The position numbers were made by a program, and so were the translations under genes. Shown here in pieces: positions 49,629-58,821 of a stretch of 64,000 nt of DNA (positions are counted from its first letter, which is position 1; every line of letters begins with the position of its first letter). Source of the DNA: an uncultured delta proteobacterium (GTDB lineage Bacteria; Desulfobacterota; Desulfobacteria; Desulfobacterales; UBA2156); the NCBI GenBank assembly GCA_963736855.1, contig CAVTQK010000021.1, positions 384,001 through 448,000 on the forward strand, given 5' to 3'. Below the pieces are notes generated by a model. The model had not been told where the DNA came from, ran no database searches, and saw only the letters and a program-made list of their open reading frames with translations.

Positions 49629-50227
49629 GATTTACGCCTCGGGTTCAGGTAGTATTCACAGTGAAGATGGCTCTCTGTTTCACACAGTTCATGCAGTCTA
49701 TGACCGCCAAGGGCCATCCGATCCAGGTACGCCCCGCATACCGTCATTTCGTTTTGTGAATCGATCTTGCTGTAATTCAAGAAAGGGCATACCATATCAA
49801 GATGCTGTTCCAGTCGATCCCCCGGTCCCAAGCCTTCGATGATCTCCCGCACCAGGATTGAACCTAATTTGGCATCACCGATGTACCGGATGTAATCGAC
49901 TTGCGCTCGCCCCAGATCTTCAATCAGTTTGCGGTGCTTTGAATGGACAAGAGCCAGTACGGGACACTGTTTGGTATGGCTGTTTCGCTTCAGGGAGGCA
50001 CTCAGTTCCACGAGGGCTTCACGTTCTCTGATCGGCATCTGACCAAAAGAAACCACAATGATCCCGGGCTTCACATCGACAGCCTTTTCCAGACATTGGA
50101 TCGGACTGGAAACCCATTTTTCATCGGGTGATGACAGATTAGCGATGTTGCCTGTTGTGTCGCATAACAAGAATCGAAGGTTTCGCCCAGTATCCTCATC
50201 AATCGGTATAATCTTTTCTTTCATCAC
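49625..50227 (-). CDS. Hypothetical protein (degenerate receiver-like region plus C-terminal Cys4 motif)
   Basis: In the operon, overlapping the KtrB start; tail CPFL...CGAY...CETE..HCEYY. Confidence 0.7.
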   Translation of the reverse strand: MMKEKIIPIDEDTGRNLRFLLCDTTGNIANLSSPDEKWVSSPIQCLEKAVDVKPGIIVVSFGQMPIREREALVELSASLKRNSHTKQCPVLALVHSKHRKLIEDLGRAQVDYIRYIGDAKLGSILVREIIEGLGPGDRLEQHLDMVCPFLNYSKIDSQNEMTVCGAYLDRMALGGHRLHELCETESHLHCEYYLNPRRKS

Positions 50228-50239
50228 ATCAATTTCTCT

Positions 50240-51721
50240 TTAGTGTGTCCGCGCCAACATCAGTCGGCTGTCCCTGCCGAGCTTGAGCAGACTGACGATC
50301 ACCACGATGAACTCCAGCCGGCCTAGGAACATGGCGAGAGTTAATGCCCACATCGCGGGGCAGGGCATCCGCTGCGAGACAACCCCCACCGACAAACCGG
50401 AATTGGAGATGGCGGAGGCGAATTCGAAAAGAGAGTCCTTCAGGCTATAGCCGTAAACGCACATGACCATGACTCCCAGCAGATAGACCGCCGAATACAG
50501 AAAAACAAAGACGCCCACCTGGCGCACCCGGACATCATCGACAAAGACTCGCCCGCCGCTCTCCCAGATGGGATGTTCCATGATCACGGTCCGGGGCAGC
50601 AATGCGCGCGCGATCTCCCAGACGAACATCTTCCACAGCAGATAGACCCGGAACTGCTTGATCCCGCCGGCCGTGGAACAGGTTCCGCCGCCGATCAGCA
50701 TCAGCAGAATCAAGATGAAAATGCCGAGGTCGTTCCAGTTGTTGTAGCCCACCGTTACAAAACCCGTTGTGGTCAGGGCTGATATCGTCTCGAATACCGC
50801 AACACGGGTCCCTTTTGCAAGTGCGGGATAAATCGACTGACAGGTGAAGATGAACACAGCCATCGCGGACAGGGGGATGAGCACGGCCATGACGCGGACT
50901 TCGCCGTTGCGGGCGACAAACCTGAAGCGGCCGCGCAACAGCGACCATACGGTCACGAAGCTCATGTTGCCGATCAGCATCAGCGGAATCGACACCCCCT
51001 CGATGGCCGGGGAATCCCAATAGCCGATACTTTCCGCATGGGTTGAGAATCCTCCTGTGGATATGGCGGCAAAGGTATGGTTGACGGCATCGAAAAAGGA
51101 CATTCCAACCGCCCAATAGGCCAAGGTCCCGACGAGGGCGTACCCGGTGTAAATGATCAGCACCAGTCGAGCCGATTGACGCACCTGGGGAACCAGTTGA
51201 TCGCCTCTGCCCTCTGCGATCGATATGCCCGCTCCCGTTGGTCCGACGATGGCCGACATCATGATAACGGCAAGCCCTGCCCCTCCCGCCAGTTCGGTAA
51301 TGCTGCGCCAGAGCAGGATCATCGGGCCTGCCTTGGTCACATCCACCACCGAAAGCCCGGTGGTGGTCCATCCACTCACCGACTCAAAAACGCCCTGAGA
51401 AAACGTATGCCCCACGACAAACATGAAGGGCAGTGCCGAAAAAACGACGGCAACAATCCAACTGATGAGCACGATCACTCCGCCTTCCTGGATCGAGATG
51501 GGGTTATGGTAAGCGGGGCGAAACAGCTTCCACAACAAAAACCCCGTCAGGCCGAGACCTCCTGCGGGAAGGCCAAAAGCCCAGGCATGGACCGCCTCCT
51601 CTGGGTAAGCGAGGAGGATCAGGAGCGGCGTGAGCATCACGAGGCCGGAAAGAAGGAAGATCATGCCGACGGATGAGAGAATCGCGGCATAGCGCTGCCT
51701 GAGATATTCCTTTTCCCGCAA
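50240..51721 (-). CDS. trkH: TrkH family potassium uptake membrane subunit
   Basis: Pore loops SGWTTTG, ISTGGF, SALTTTG, SAISNSG; GGGTCSTAGGIK, GRLE. Confidence 0.92.
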   Translation of the reverse strand: MREKEYLRQRYAAILSSVGMIFLLSGLVMLTPLLILLAYPEEAVHAWAFGLPAGGLGLTGFLLWKLFRPAYHNPISIQEGGVIVLISWIVAVVFSALPFMFVVGHTFSQGVFESVSGWTTTGLSVVDVTKAGPMILLWRSITELAGGAGLAVIMMSAIVGPTGAGISIAEGRGDQLVPQVRQSARLVLIIYTGYALVGTLAYWAVGMSFFDAVNHTFAAISTGGFSTHAESIGYWDSPAIEGVSIPLMLIGNMSFVTVWSLLRGRFRFVARNGEVRVMAVLIPLSAMAVFIFTCQSIYPALAKGTRVAVFETISALTTTGFVTVGYNNWNDLGIFILILLMLIGGGTCSTAGGIKQFRVYLLWKMFVWEIARALLPRTVIMEHPIWESGGRVFVDDVRVRQVGVFVFLYSAVYLLGVMVMCVYGYSLKDSLFEFASAISNSGLSVGVVSQRMPCPAMWALTLAMFLGRLEFIVVIVSLLKLGRDSRLMLARTH

Positions 51722-51732
51722 GGCCGGCCCTC

Positions 51733-52395
51733 CTATTTGGATTCGCCCGTGAAGGCTTTAAGCACCGGGCCATGGTTCTCCGGCAGGGTGATCAGCACCA
51801 CCCGGTCACCCGATAGTAATTCATTGGCTCCGCGGGGAATGATCGGCTGATGGTCCCGGATAACGACCGCGACCAGGGCGTTCGTGGGGAGGTCGATGTC
51901 CTTCAAAAGCTTTCCTGCCACCGGGGAATGGGTGTCCAGTATGATCTCCGTCACGTTCACCCGGCCTTCACCGACCGGAAGGAGGTTGATGATCTGTTCG
52001 AGGGATGCCCGTTGTTCGATCAGACTGCTGACGATATGCGTGGTCGAAAAGGACGAAACACCCAGTTTGTCGAACACCTCGGCATTGTCAGGATCATTGG
52101 CCAGGGCCACGGCTCTTGGCACCCCGAATTTGAGAGATGCCAGTTGGCAGATCACCAGGTTGTCCTGGTCGTTGGGCGTGATGGCGAGCACCGCGTCCGC
52201 CCCCATGGCGCCGGCCTCCTCGAGAATTCCGGCATCGCTTCCGTCGCCGCAAACCACCACGGCGGAGAGTTGCCGGGCCAATCGGGTGCATTCCCCCCGG
52301 CTCCGGTTGATAATGACGACCTCATATCCCTTGGCGGTGAAGTTCCGGCACAGGAAAAAAAGCATCTTGCCGCCACCGACAATGAGCACTTTCAT
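51733..52395 (-). CDS. trkA: TrkA family protein (RCK_N plus RCK_C)
   Basis: MKVLIVGGGK, GDGSD, DQDNL, SPVAGK...IIPRG; ATG 52395 after GAGGAG. Confidence 0.88.
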   Translation of the reverse strand: MKVLIVGGGKMLFFLCRNFTAKGYEVVIINRSRGECTRLARQLSAVVVCGDGSDAGILEEAGAMGADAVLAITPNDQDNLVICQLASLKFGVPRAVALANDPDNAEVFDKLGVSSFSTTHIVSSLIEQRASLEQIINLLPVGEGRVNVTEIILDTHSPVAGKLLKDIDLPTNALVAVVIRDHQPIIPRGANELLSGDRVVLITLPENHGPVLKAFTGESK

Positions 52396-52828
52396 GGTGG
52401 CTCCTCTGTTCGGCGGCTCCTTTAGCAACAGCCAGCAGGAACATGTCTGCGGCCACGGATGTAGGACAAATGGTATCGATCCCCAATTGAGCATAGACTT
52501 CCTCCCTCTTGGGATCAAAAACCCTGGCCAGCACATGCGGGACATTGAAGATCTTCCGAGCCACCTGGGCGACCATCAGGTTGACATTATCCTCGTGCGT
52601 CGTGGCGAAAAAGACGTCGGCCTTTTTTATCTTGGCCTCTTTCAGCACCGCTATCTGCGTAGCGTCCCCTGCCACGCGAAAACCGCTGAAGTCCGGCGAC
52701 AGGTTATTGAAGGCGGCCTCATCCGTGTCGATCGCCACCACCGCATGGCCCATGCGGCTGAGTTGGTTGGCCAGATGAGAACCCAGGCGTCCGCACCCGA
52801 TGATCACGATATAGCGGTTATTCTTCAT
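52322..52828 (-). CDS. Single-domain TrkA (RCK_N only)
   Basis: IIGCGRLG, GDAT, DNVNL, ARVFDP, ICPT; C-terminal tail overlaps the next gene by 74 nt. Confidence 0.85.
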   Translation of the reverse strand: MKNNRYIVIIGCGRLGSHLANQLSRMGHAVVAIDTDEAAFNNLSPDFSGFRVAGDATQIAVLKEAKIKKADVFFATTHEDNVNLMVAQVARKIFNVPHVLARVFDPKREEVYAQLGIDTICPTSVAADMFLLAVAKGAAEQRSHHESAHCRWRQDAFFPVPELHRQGI

Positions 52829-53543
52829 GCTGATCCTTTTCGGCGCTTACGTCCTTTGAATCTGTATCCCTTTTATCCGGTCCGAAATCGATCCTGCCGA
52901 ATTTGTTCCAGGACGTGGTCCGTTCCAGGTTCGCCCAGGCCGGCTTGAAAGTGGGATCAATATCCAGTGCCGCCCGATAAAACTTCTGTGCCTCCAGCCA
53001 GTCACCCTTGATTTCAAGCAAAACCCCAAGAAGGTTGTATGCCTCCGGCTGGGCAGGGTCCGCGGCTATGGCCTTTCGTGCAGTTTCCCGGGCCGCGGAA
53101 AAACTGCGATCCGAGATGTGGCGTTTGCTGATCTCGATCAGCGAAAGGTAATCGACCGCGTTTTCTTCATCCAGGGCCTCACGCTCCAGCACCTGAGTCG
53201 CCAATTCTCGAATTTCACTGGGGCTAAAAGGCTTCTGAATGAAATCCGCCGCTCCGAGTTTCATGGCTTCCACAGCGAATTCGATGGTTCCGTGGGCGGT
53301 GATGATGATCACCCGCGTTTTTGGCCAGTCGTTCTTGATTTGACGCAGGACCTCCATTCCGTCTATCCCTGGCATCTTCAAATCCAGGAACACCAAACCG
53401 AACGAACCCTCGCGAAGCTTTTGCAGCGCTTCTTCGCCGTTTACGGCCGTCTGGACCGAAATTTCCAGCGGCTCCAATGATTGGGACATGGTCAGACGGA
53501 TGTTATTTTCGTCGTCAACGACCAGAATCGGTTTCTTTTCCAT
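52818..53543 (-). CDS. Response regulator with C-terminal TPR domain
   Basis: VVDDE, DLKMP, TAHG, KPF; tail PEAYNLLGVLLE...FYRAALDIDP. Confidence 0.88.
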   Translation of the reverse strand: MEKKPILVVDDENNIRLTMSQSLEPLEISVQTAVNGEEALQKLREGSFGLVFLDLKMPGIDGMEVLRQIKNDWPKTRVIIITAHGTIEFAVEAMKLGAADFIQKPFSPSEIRELATQVLEREALDEENAVDYLSLIEISKRHISDRSFSAARETARKAIAADPAQPEAYNLLGVLLEIKGDWLEAQKFYRAALDIDPTFKPAWANLERTTSWNKFGRIDFGPDKRDTDSKDVSAEKDQHEE

Positions 53544-53552
53544 GGGTTCCTC

Positions 53553-55386
53553 CTATTGGGCCACCGGCAGGGTGAAGGTAAAGGTGCTGCCCTTGCCTTG
53601 GGACGATTCCACCCAGATTGCACCACCATGAGCGCGCACTATTTCCTTGCAGATGGCGAGTCCCAGACCCGTGCCGCCCGCTTCTTGGCCTTTAACCTGT
53701 ACAAATTTCTGAAATATCTTGGATTGGTAATCAGAGGGAATTCCCGGCCCATCGTCACGCACGGACAAGTGGACGTGAGGCCCAATCCTTTGAGCCATGA
53801 GTTCTATATGGCCGCCCTTGCTCACATACCGTAGGGCATTCGAAATCAGGTTGCTCAATACCCATGTGATCTTGTTGGCATCAGCGCGAACTTTGGGCAA
53901 CTCGCCGGTGAAATCTGATGTAAGCGTAACTTCCTTCATGTCGATCTGGCTTTTGAAAACCGCTTTAACTTGGTCAAACAAGGTTGGGAACGAAACACTC
54001 TCGAACTCCAGCTCGATTCTACCCGCCTCGATTTTGGACAGGTCAAGCAAGTCATTGACTAGAGCCTTCATCCGGTGGACTTCCTCGTGAGCGGCTTGGA
54101 GGAGATCCCGGTCCTTTCCGGCAAGTCCAGGTGCGGCGTGTTCCAGGAGAAGATCCAGGCTCATACCCAGGCTGGTCAGCGGCGTACGTAGCTCATGAGA
54201 CGCGGCCATGACGAATTCACTCTTGAGTCGCTCCACTTCCTTCAGGCGGGTGACGTCCCGGAGCAAAAGCACGATGCCGGACAGGTTGCGATCCCTTCCT
54301 CGAATGGCCGTAACGGAAAAGAGATAGTGTCGGGACCTTTCTCCCTCCGGAAGAACGATGATCCGCTGTTCATCGGGGATATTGGATTGCACTCCCGTCT
54401 CGACGGTCTTTCGGATGAGATCGCAAACATTCGGATCAGGCAGAATGTCCATACAGAGTAATGTGGAGTTTTCATCAAATTCCAAATCCAGTAACCGGCG
54501 CGCTGATGGGTTAATGCCGGTCACCTTGAGTTGAGTATCGAAAACCACCAAGCCATCCTCGATGCTTGAAAGAATCGCCTCGCCCTTGTTCTTTTCGGAG
54601 ATGATCTGCTCGATATTCATCTCGTGATAACGACCGAGTTGGTTAGCCATTTGATTGAACTCTCCTGCCAGACGCCCCAGCTCGTCGCCGGTTTCCACGG
54701 GCACCTGGACTGCGTAGTCTCCCGATGAGATTTTTCTGGATGCCTCCATGAAACGCCGGATCGGTCGGACGATCCGCTCAGCGAGAAACAAGCTGAATAT
54801 CAGGGCTACAATCAGAGCTGATGCAGCCACGAGCACCGTTGACCAGATAGCACGTTTGGCAACGTTGCCGGCCTTAACGCTGGCAGCGTACATTGTCCCC
54901 TCGTTGAGATTGCGAAGGCCGATACACACCTCGCGCACCTTAGCGAAAAGGGGGTAAACCGTTTCCTGATAATAGGCGTGTGTGGAAAGCCGCTCTGGGA
55001 GTTTCATGCAAGTCGGTCAACTCCGAGAATTGTCGCCGATAGTTCGCATAGCCAGCCTCTATGGATTGGACAAGCTCCGCTTCGCCCTGAATTGTGATGT
55101 TGTCCTTGGCGCGGGCCAACCATTCCAGAAAGACCGCCTCGTTTTCCCGGAATTGAGCGGTTCCTTTTTTTGTGTCGCCCAGGAACATGAGCAGAATGCC
55201 GCTGTCTTGCCGTTCCAGCGCACCGACCATGTTCTCGGCGGCAAGAATGCTTCGGTAGTTTTCGCTTAAGATAGCATTAGTCGCCTTGCCCAGGGATACC
55301 AGATTCGTAACGGCCCACGCGACCACCATGCCCATGAGCGCAAAGGCTATGCCATGTCCAAGCAGGATTTTCTCTTTAAGTTTCAA
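53553..55386 (-). pseudogene. Sensor histidine kinase (periplasmic helical sensor, HAMP, PAS, HisKA, HATPase) with a +1 frameshift near 54990-55010
   Basis: ORF 54940-55386 carries TM1 and the sensor; ORF 53553-55007 carries TM2, HAMP, ASHELRTPL, GTGLGL. Confidence 0.88.
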
Positions 55387-55427
55387 CTATCTTCATCCTT
55401 TTGCCATCATCCCTGCATGAGGATTTA

Positions 55428-55443
55428 TGCATTTCAGATGCCA
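55428..55443 (-). promoter_or_regulatory. Sigma54 (-24/-12) promoter
   Basis: TGGCATCTGAAATGCA: GG-N10-GC spacing, about 40 nt upstream of the kinase start. Confidence 0.8.
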
Positions 55444-55517
55444 ATATTGTAATTCTTTAATTTTATTGATTTAATTAATATTCAGGAGGGATAGAAACAA
55501 AAGACTTTAGATGGGAA

Positions 55518-55555
55518 CCTGCATTTTGCAGGAATGACAGCTTGCAGGTTGCAAG
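55518..55555. promoter_or_regulatory. Tandem palindromic enhancer (UAS) sites
   Basis: CCTGCA-TTT-TGCAGG (55518-55532) and CTTGCA-GGT-TGCAAG (55541-55555), centres 23 bp apart. Confidence 0.7.
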
Positions 55556-55559
55556 ATCA

Positions 55560-56885
55560 TCAATCCAATTGGAATCTTTTTCTTTTACGCCACAACGTCG
55601 CCGGATCGATTCCCAGAATTTTTGCCGCTTCTTCGAGAGAATCCGCATGTAAAATCACATTTTGGATGTGATTTTTTTCCATATCGGCCAAACTTTCAAG
55701 CGCTGGAGAGGAGCCGGAGGAAGGTTTGAAATTCGCAATATTCGGCGTAAGGTCATCGATGGAAAGCGCGGTTTCACGGGCCATGATGACACCGCGTTCT
55801 ATCACGTTGATCAGCTCCCGAACATTGCCCGGCCAGGGATAGTTCTGAAGCCGTTGCAGGGCATCGGGTGAAATATGCTGCATCGCTTTGGCATTCATTC
55901 GGGCGGAGCGCTTCAGATAATATTCGGTCAGGAGCTCAATATCTTCTGGTCTCTCCCTGAGAGGCGGCAGGAAGAGTTCCAATACGTTGATTCGGAAAAA
56001 AAGATCTTCCCGGAAAGCGCCGTCACGCACGAGTTCCTCTAAATCCTTATTCGTGGCTGCGATCAAGCGCACATCGACATGCTGAGTGACGGGATCACCC
56101 AGGCGTTCGAACTCCCGGTGCTGTAAAAAACGCAAAAGCTTCCCTTGAATCGGAGGAGGTATTTCCGATACTTCGTCTAAGAAAACGGTTCCGCCTTCCG
56201 CCAGTTTGAGTTTACCCACTTTATCGCGAAGGGCACCGGTGAAGGCACCTTTGACATGCCCGAACAAATCGCTTTCCAAAAAACTTTCCTGCAGGGCTGC
56301 GCAGTCCACGGTGACAAAAGGGTACTCGGCACGTGGGCTCCAATCATGAATCAGGCGTGCCAGCAGTCCTTTTCCAGTCCCGCTTTCCCCGGATATCAGG
56401 ATGATCGCGTTGGATTCGGCTGCCTGCCGCGCAGTCTGGAGGATCCTTCTCATTTTGCGGTTACGCGTCAGAATGCCGCCTTCGGAAAAGATTCCTTTAA
56501 GCGTTGCTACTTCCGTTTCCAGCGTCTGAAAGCGTTTAAGCCTCTCCAAAACAAGATCGAGCTGACCCGGTACAAAAGGTTTAGGCAGATAATCGAAGGC
56601 GCCCATTTTGACGGCACTGACGGCGGTTTCGATGCTGGCGTAAGCCGTGATCATCAAAACATGCGATTGATTGCCGCTGGTGATGATTTCTTTTAAGATT
56701 TCCAGTCCGTCCCGGTCCGGCAGTTTCATATCCAATAATACGAGATCCGGCGTTTCATACCGAAAAATCTCCAAACCTTTGACCCCGGAAGATGCGGTGA
56801 AAACTTCAAGGCCCCGGTCTTCGAGATAGGCTTCCAAAGTGGTCAGGATGTTTCGATCATCATCAATGATCAATGCTTTTTTCAT
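55560..56885 (-). CDS. Sigma54-dependent NtrC/AlgB-family response regulator
   Basis: IIDDD receiver, GESGTGKG, GAFTGA, FLDEV, WPGNVREL, Fis-type HTH; start reset to ATG 56885. Confidence 0.95.
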   Translation of the reverse strand: MKKALIIDDDRNILTTLEAYLEDRGLEVFTASSGVKGLEIFRYETPDLVLLDMKLPDRDGLEILKEIITSGNQSHVLMITAYASIETAVSAVKMGAFDYLPKPFVPGQLDLVLERLKRFQTLETEVATLKGIFSEGGILTRNRKMRRILQTARQAAESNAIILISGESGTGKGLLARLIHDWSPRAEYPFVTVDCAALQESFLESDLFGHVKGAFTGALRDKVGKLKLAEGGTVFLDEVSEIPPPIQGKLLRFLQHREFERLGDPVTQHVDVRLIAATNKDLEELVRDGAFREDLFFRINVLELFLPPLRERPEDIELLTEYYLKRSARMNAKAMQHISPDALQRLQNYPWPGNVRELINVIERGVIMARETALSIDDLTPNIANFKPSSGSSPALESLADMEKNHIQNVILHADSLEEAAKILGIDPATLWRKRKRFQLD

Positions 56886-58452
56886 AATCATCGTCCTCTT
56901 CGGCGGGTATCCAGAAAACGAATGTCGTGCCTTTACCGGGTGTACTTTCCACCCGGATATCACCCCTGTGCTGCTCGATGACGTCTTTGACGATAGCCAG
57001 ACCCAATCCGATGGTTCCGCTTTTTCCGCGTTCCGAGAACTGGGAAAAGCGGTCAAAAATATGCGGGAGATAGTGCGCCTCAATCCCGCTCCCCGTATCG
57101 CTGCATTTGAAATAGAACCGTGATCCGCTTTTATGAACATGAAACCGGATGTGTCCGCCGCGTTCGGTGTATCGCAGCGCGTTGCCGACTAGATTCGTGA
57201 TTACCCACGGGAAACGAAAAGAGTCGATGGTTAGCTTTGGCAAGCCTTCTGCAATTTCGATCTGAAGCTTGACCCCTTTTTGCTCCGCCTGCTTCATCAG
57301 CGGGGCTAGGCATTCCTCTATGACGATAGCGACATCGAGGGTTTCTTTGTGACGCGGCCGAGCCATGGTTTCGAGTCTGGAAATATCTACCAATTCATTT
57401 ACCAGGCTTGACAGCCTCATACACTCTTCCTGAGCTGTTTTCAGCAATTTTCCCCGCTTTTCCCCTCCAAGGTGCTCCCCTCTTTCATGGAGCAATCCGA
57501 TGCTCATTGAAAGTGATGTCATCGGAGTCTTCAGTTGGTGGGAAATATCGGCGATAAATCTTCCCTTGGCCTCCTCGATTCGGCGAACCTTTTCTTTTTC
57601 GACGGCAATGATATCGTCACGGTAACGGTCATAGAGTTCGAGGCGATTAAACAATTGATTGAATGAAGAAGTCAAAAATCCGATTTCATCTTTTGACCGC
57701 GGGTTGATTTTGGGATATACCCCGCTTCCTTCTCTGGCATCGGAAAGGCTTCGCGCTAAAGTCATCATTGGCTTGGCGATGCGATAGGACAAGAAGGAAC
57801 TCAGGATCAAAATAACTCCGATGACAACGGTGAACAGGATCACTGCATCTCTCTGGGCACGACTGGCTAAAAGTCGGGTCTGGTATACGGCGCGCTCCAT
57901 GGCCTCTTCGTTGATGTTCGCCAAATCCTCAAAACGAGATACCATGTCAGCCGTCAGTGCCAAAAATTCAGCGAAACGTGCATTTTCCCACAAGCTGACA
58001 TCCGCTTTAGACAAAACATGGATAACCTCTTCATAGCCGATATAGCCTCTGATTAAATGATCGATAACCTCCTGTTCTCCGGATTCGGTGACGTTGTCCC
58101 GACAAATCATCAAAGGATCGGATAGATTTGTCAATAGTTTGGCCGGCACCAAAGCGGGGCTTTGCTTAAGCGACATCTGTTCCAGGAGCTGATTACGAGT
58201 TCCTTCAAGCATTTTACGGGCCTGCTGGGCGGCCCGGATGGATTTGTAGTTCTTGGACAGGATCTGTTCCGCACTTTCTCCAAGGGAGATTAAATACTGA
58301 TGATTGAGCAACGCTGCAATCAAAAGGGCAAAGGTCGGCAGCAGGCTGACAACAAAGATCTTGAGCCATATCGGATACCGAACCGGTCTTTTTTCCTTTT
58401 CGAGTTCTTTTTTCTCTACCATAACCAACGCTGTATGATCATCTTCGTTCAA
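56863..58452 (-). CDS. Sensor histidine kinase (periplasmic helical sensor, HAMP, HisKA, HATPase)
   Basis: Two TM segments, ISHQLKTPM H-box, NLVGNALRY, GLGLAIV; start uncertain. Confidence 0.92.
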   Translation of the reverse strand: MNEDDHTALVMVEKKELEKEKRPVRYPIWLKIFVVSLLPTFALLIAALLNHQYLISLGESAEQILSKNYKSIRAAQQARKMLEGTRNQLLEQMSLKQSPALVPAKLLTNLSDPLMICRDNVTESGEQEVIDHLIRGYIGYEEVIHVLSKADVSLWENARFAEFLALTADMVSRFEDLANINEEAMERAVYQTRLLASRAQRDAVILFTVVIGVILILSSFLSYRIAKPMMTLARSLSDAREGSGVYPKINPRSKDEIGFLTSSFNQLFNRLELYDRYRDDIIAVEKEKVRRIEEAKGRFIADISHQLKTPMTSLSMSIGLLHERGEHLGGEKRGKLLKTAQEECMRLSSLVNELVDISRLETMARPRHKETLDVAIVIEECLAPLMKQAEQKGVKLQIEIAEGLPKLTIDSFRFPWVITNLVGNALRYTERGGHIRFHVHKSGSRFYFKCSDTGSGIEAHYLPHIFDRFSQFSERGKSGTIGLGLAIVKDVIEQHRGDIRVESTPGKGTTFVFWIPAEEDDDYEKSIDH

Positions 58453-58656
58453 TCAAATTTCTTTTTCCTATCTATTCGTTACATTGCATATTTGGATAAC
58501 ACAGTTCCACAATGACATATACCTATTTACCCTCTTGCAATAAAACATTTCAACCGATAAAGATAGCGGTGATGTTAAGCGAGGGGATTCCATGCAACAC
58601 AGACCCGAAACAAGAAAGCAGAGATAGGTTTATCTTACTGAAATTTATAAAAATTA

Positions 58657-58754
58657 TGGCGGAAGTGCATGGGAATCGAACCCACCCGAGACGGTTTTAG
58701 CGCCTCACACCGGATTTGAAGTCCGGGAGCCCCACCAGTGAGCTGTGCACTTCC
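58657..58754 (-). tRNA. selC: tRNA-Sec (UCA)
   Basis: 8-bp acceptor GGAAGTGC/GCACTTCC, anticodon arm CCGGA-CTTCAAA-TCCGG, long variable arm, TTCGATT T-loop, GCCA end. Confidence 0.96.
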
Positions 58755-58767
58755 GTGAATATCTAAA

Positions 58768-58797
58768 TCTATACTATGTACTTCTTTTGCCTGTCAA
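58768..58797 (-). promoter_or_regulatory. Candidate sigma70 promoter of selC
   Basis: TTGACA-N18-TATAGA just upstream of the tRNA 5' end. Confidence 0.45.
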
Positions 58798-58821
58798 GGA
58801 AGATGAAAAAAGGAGTTGACC

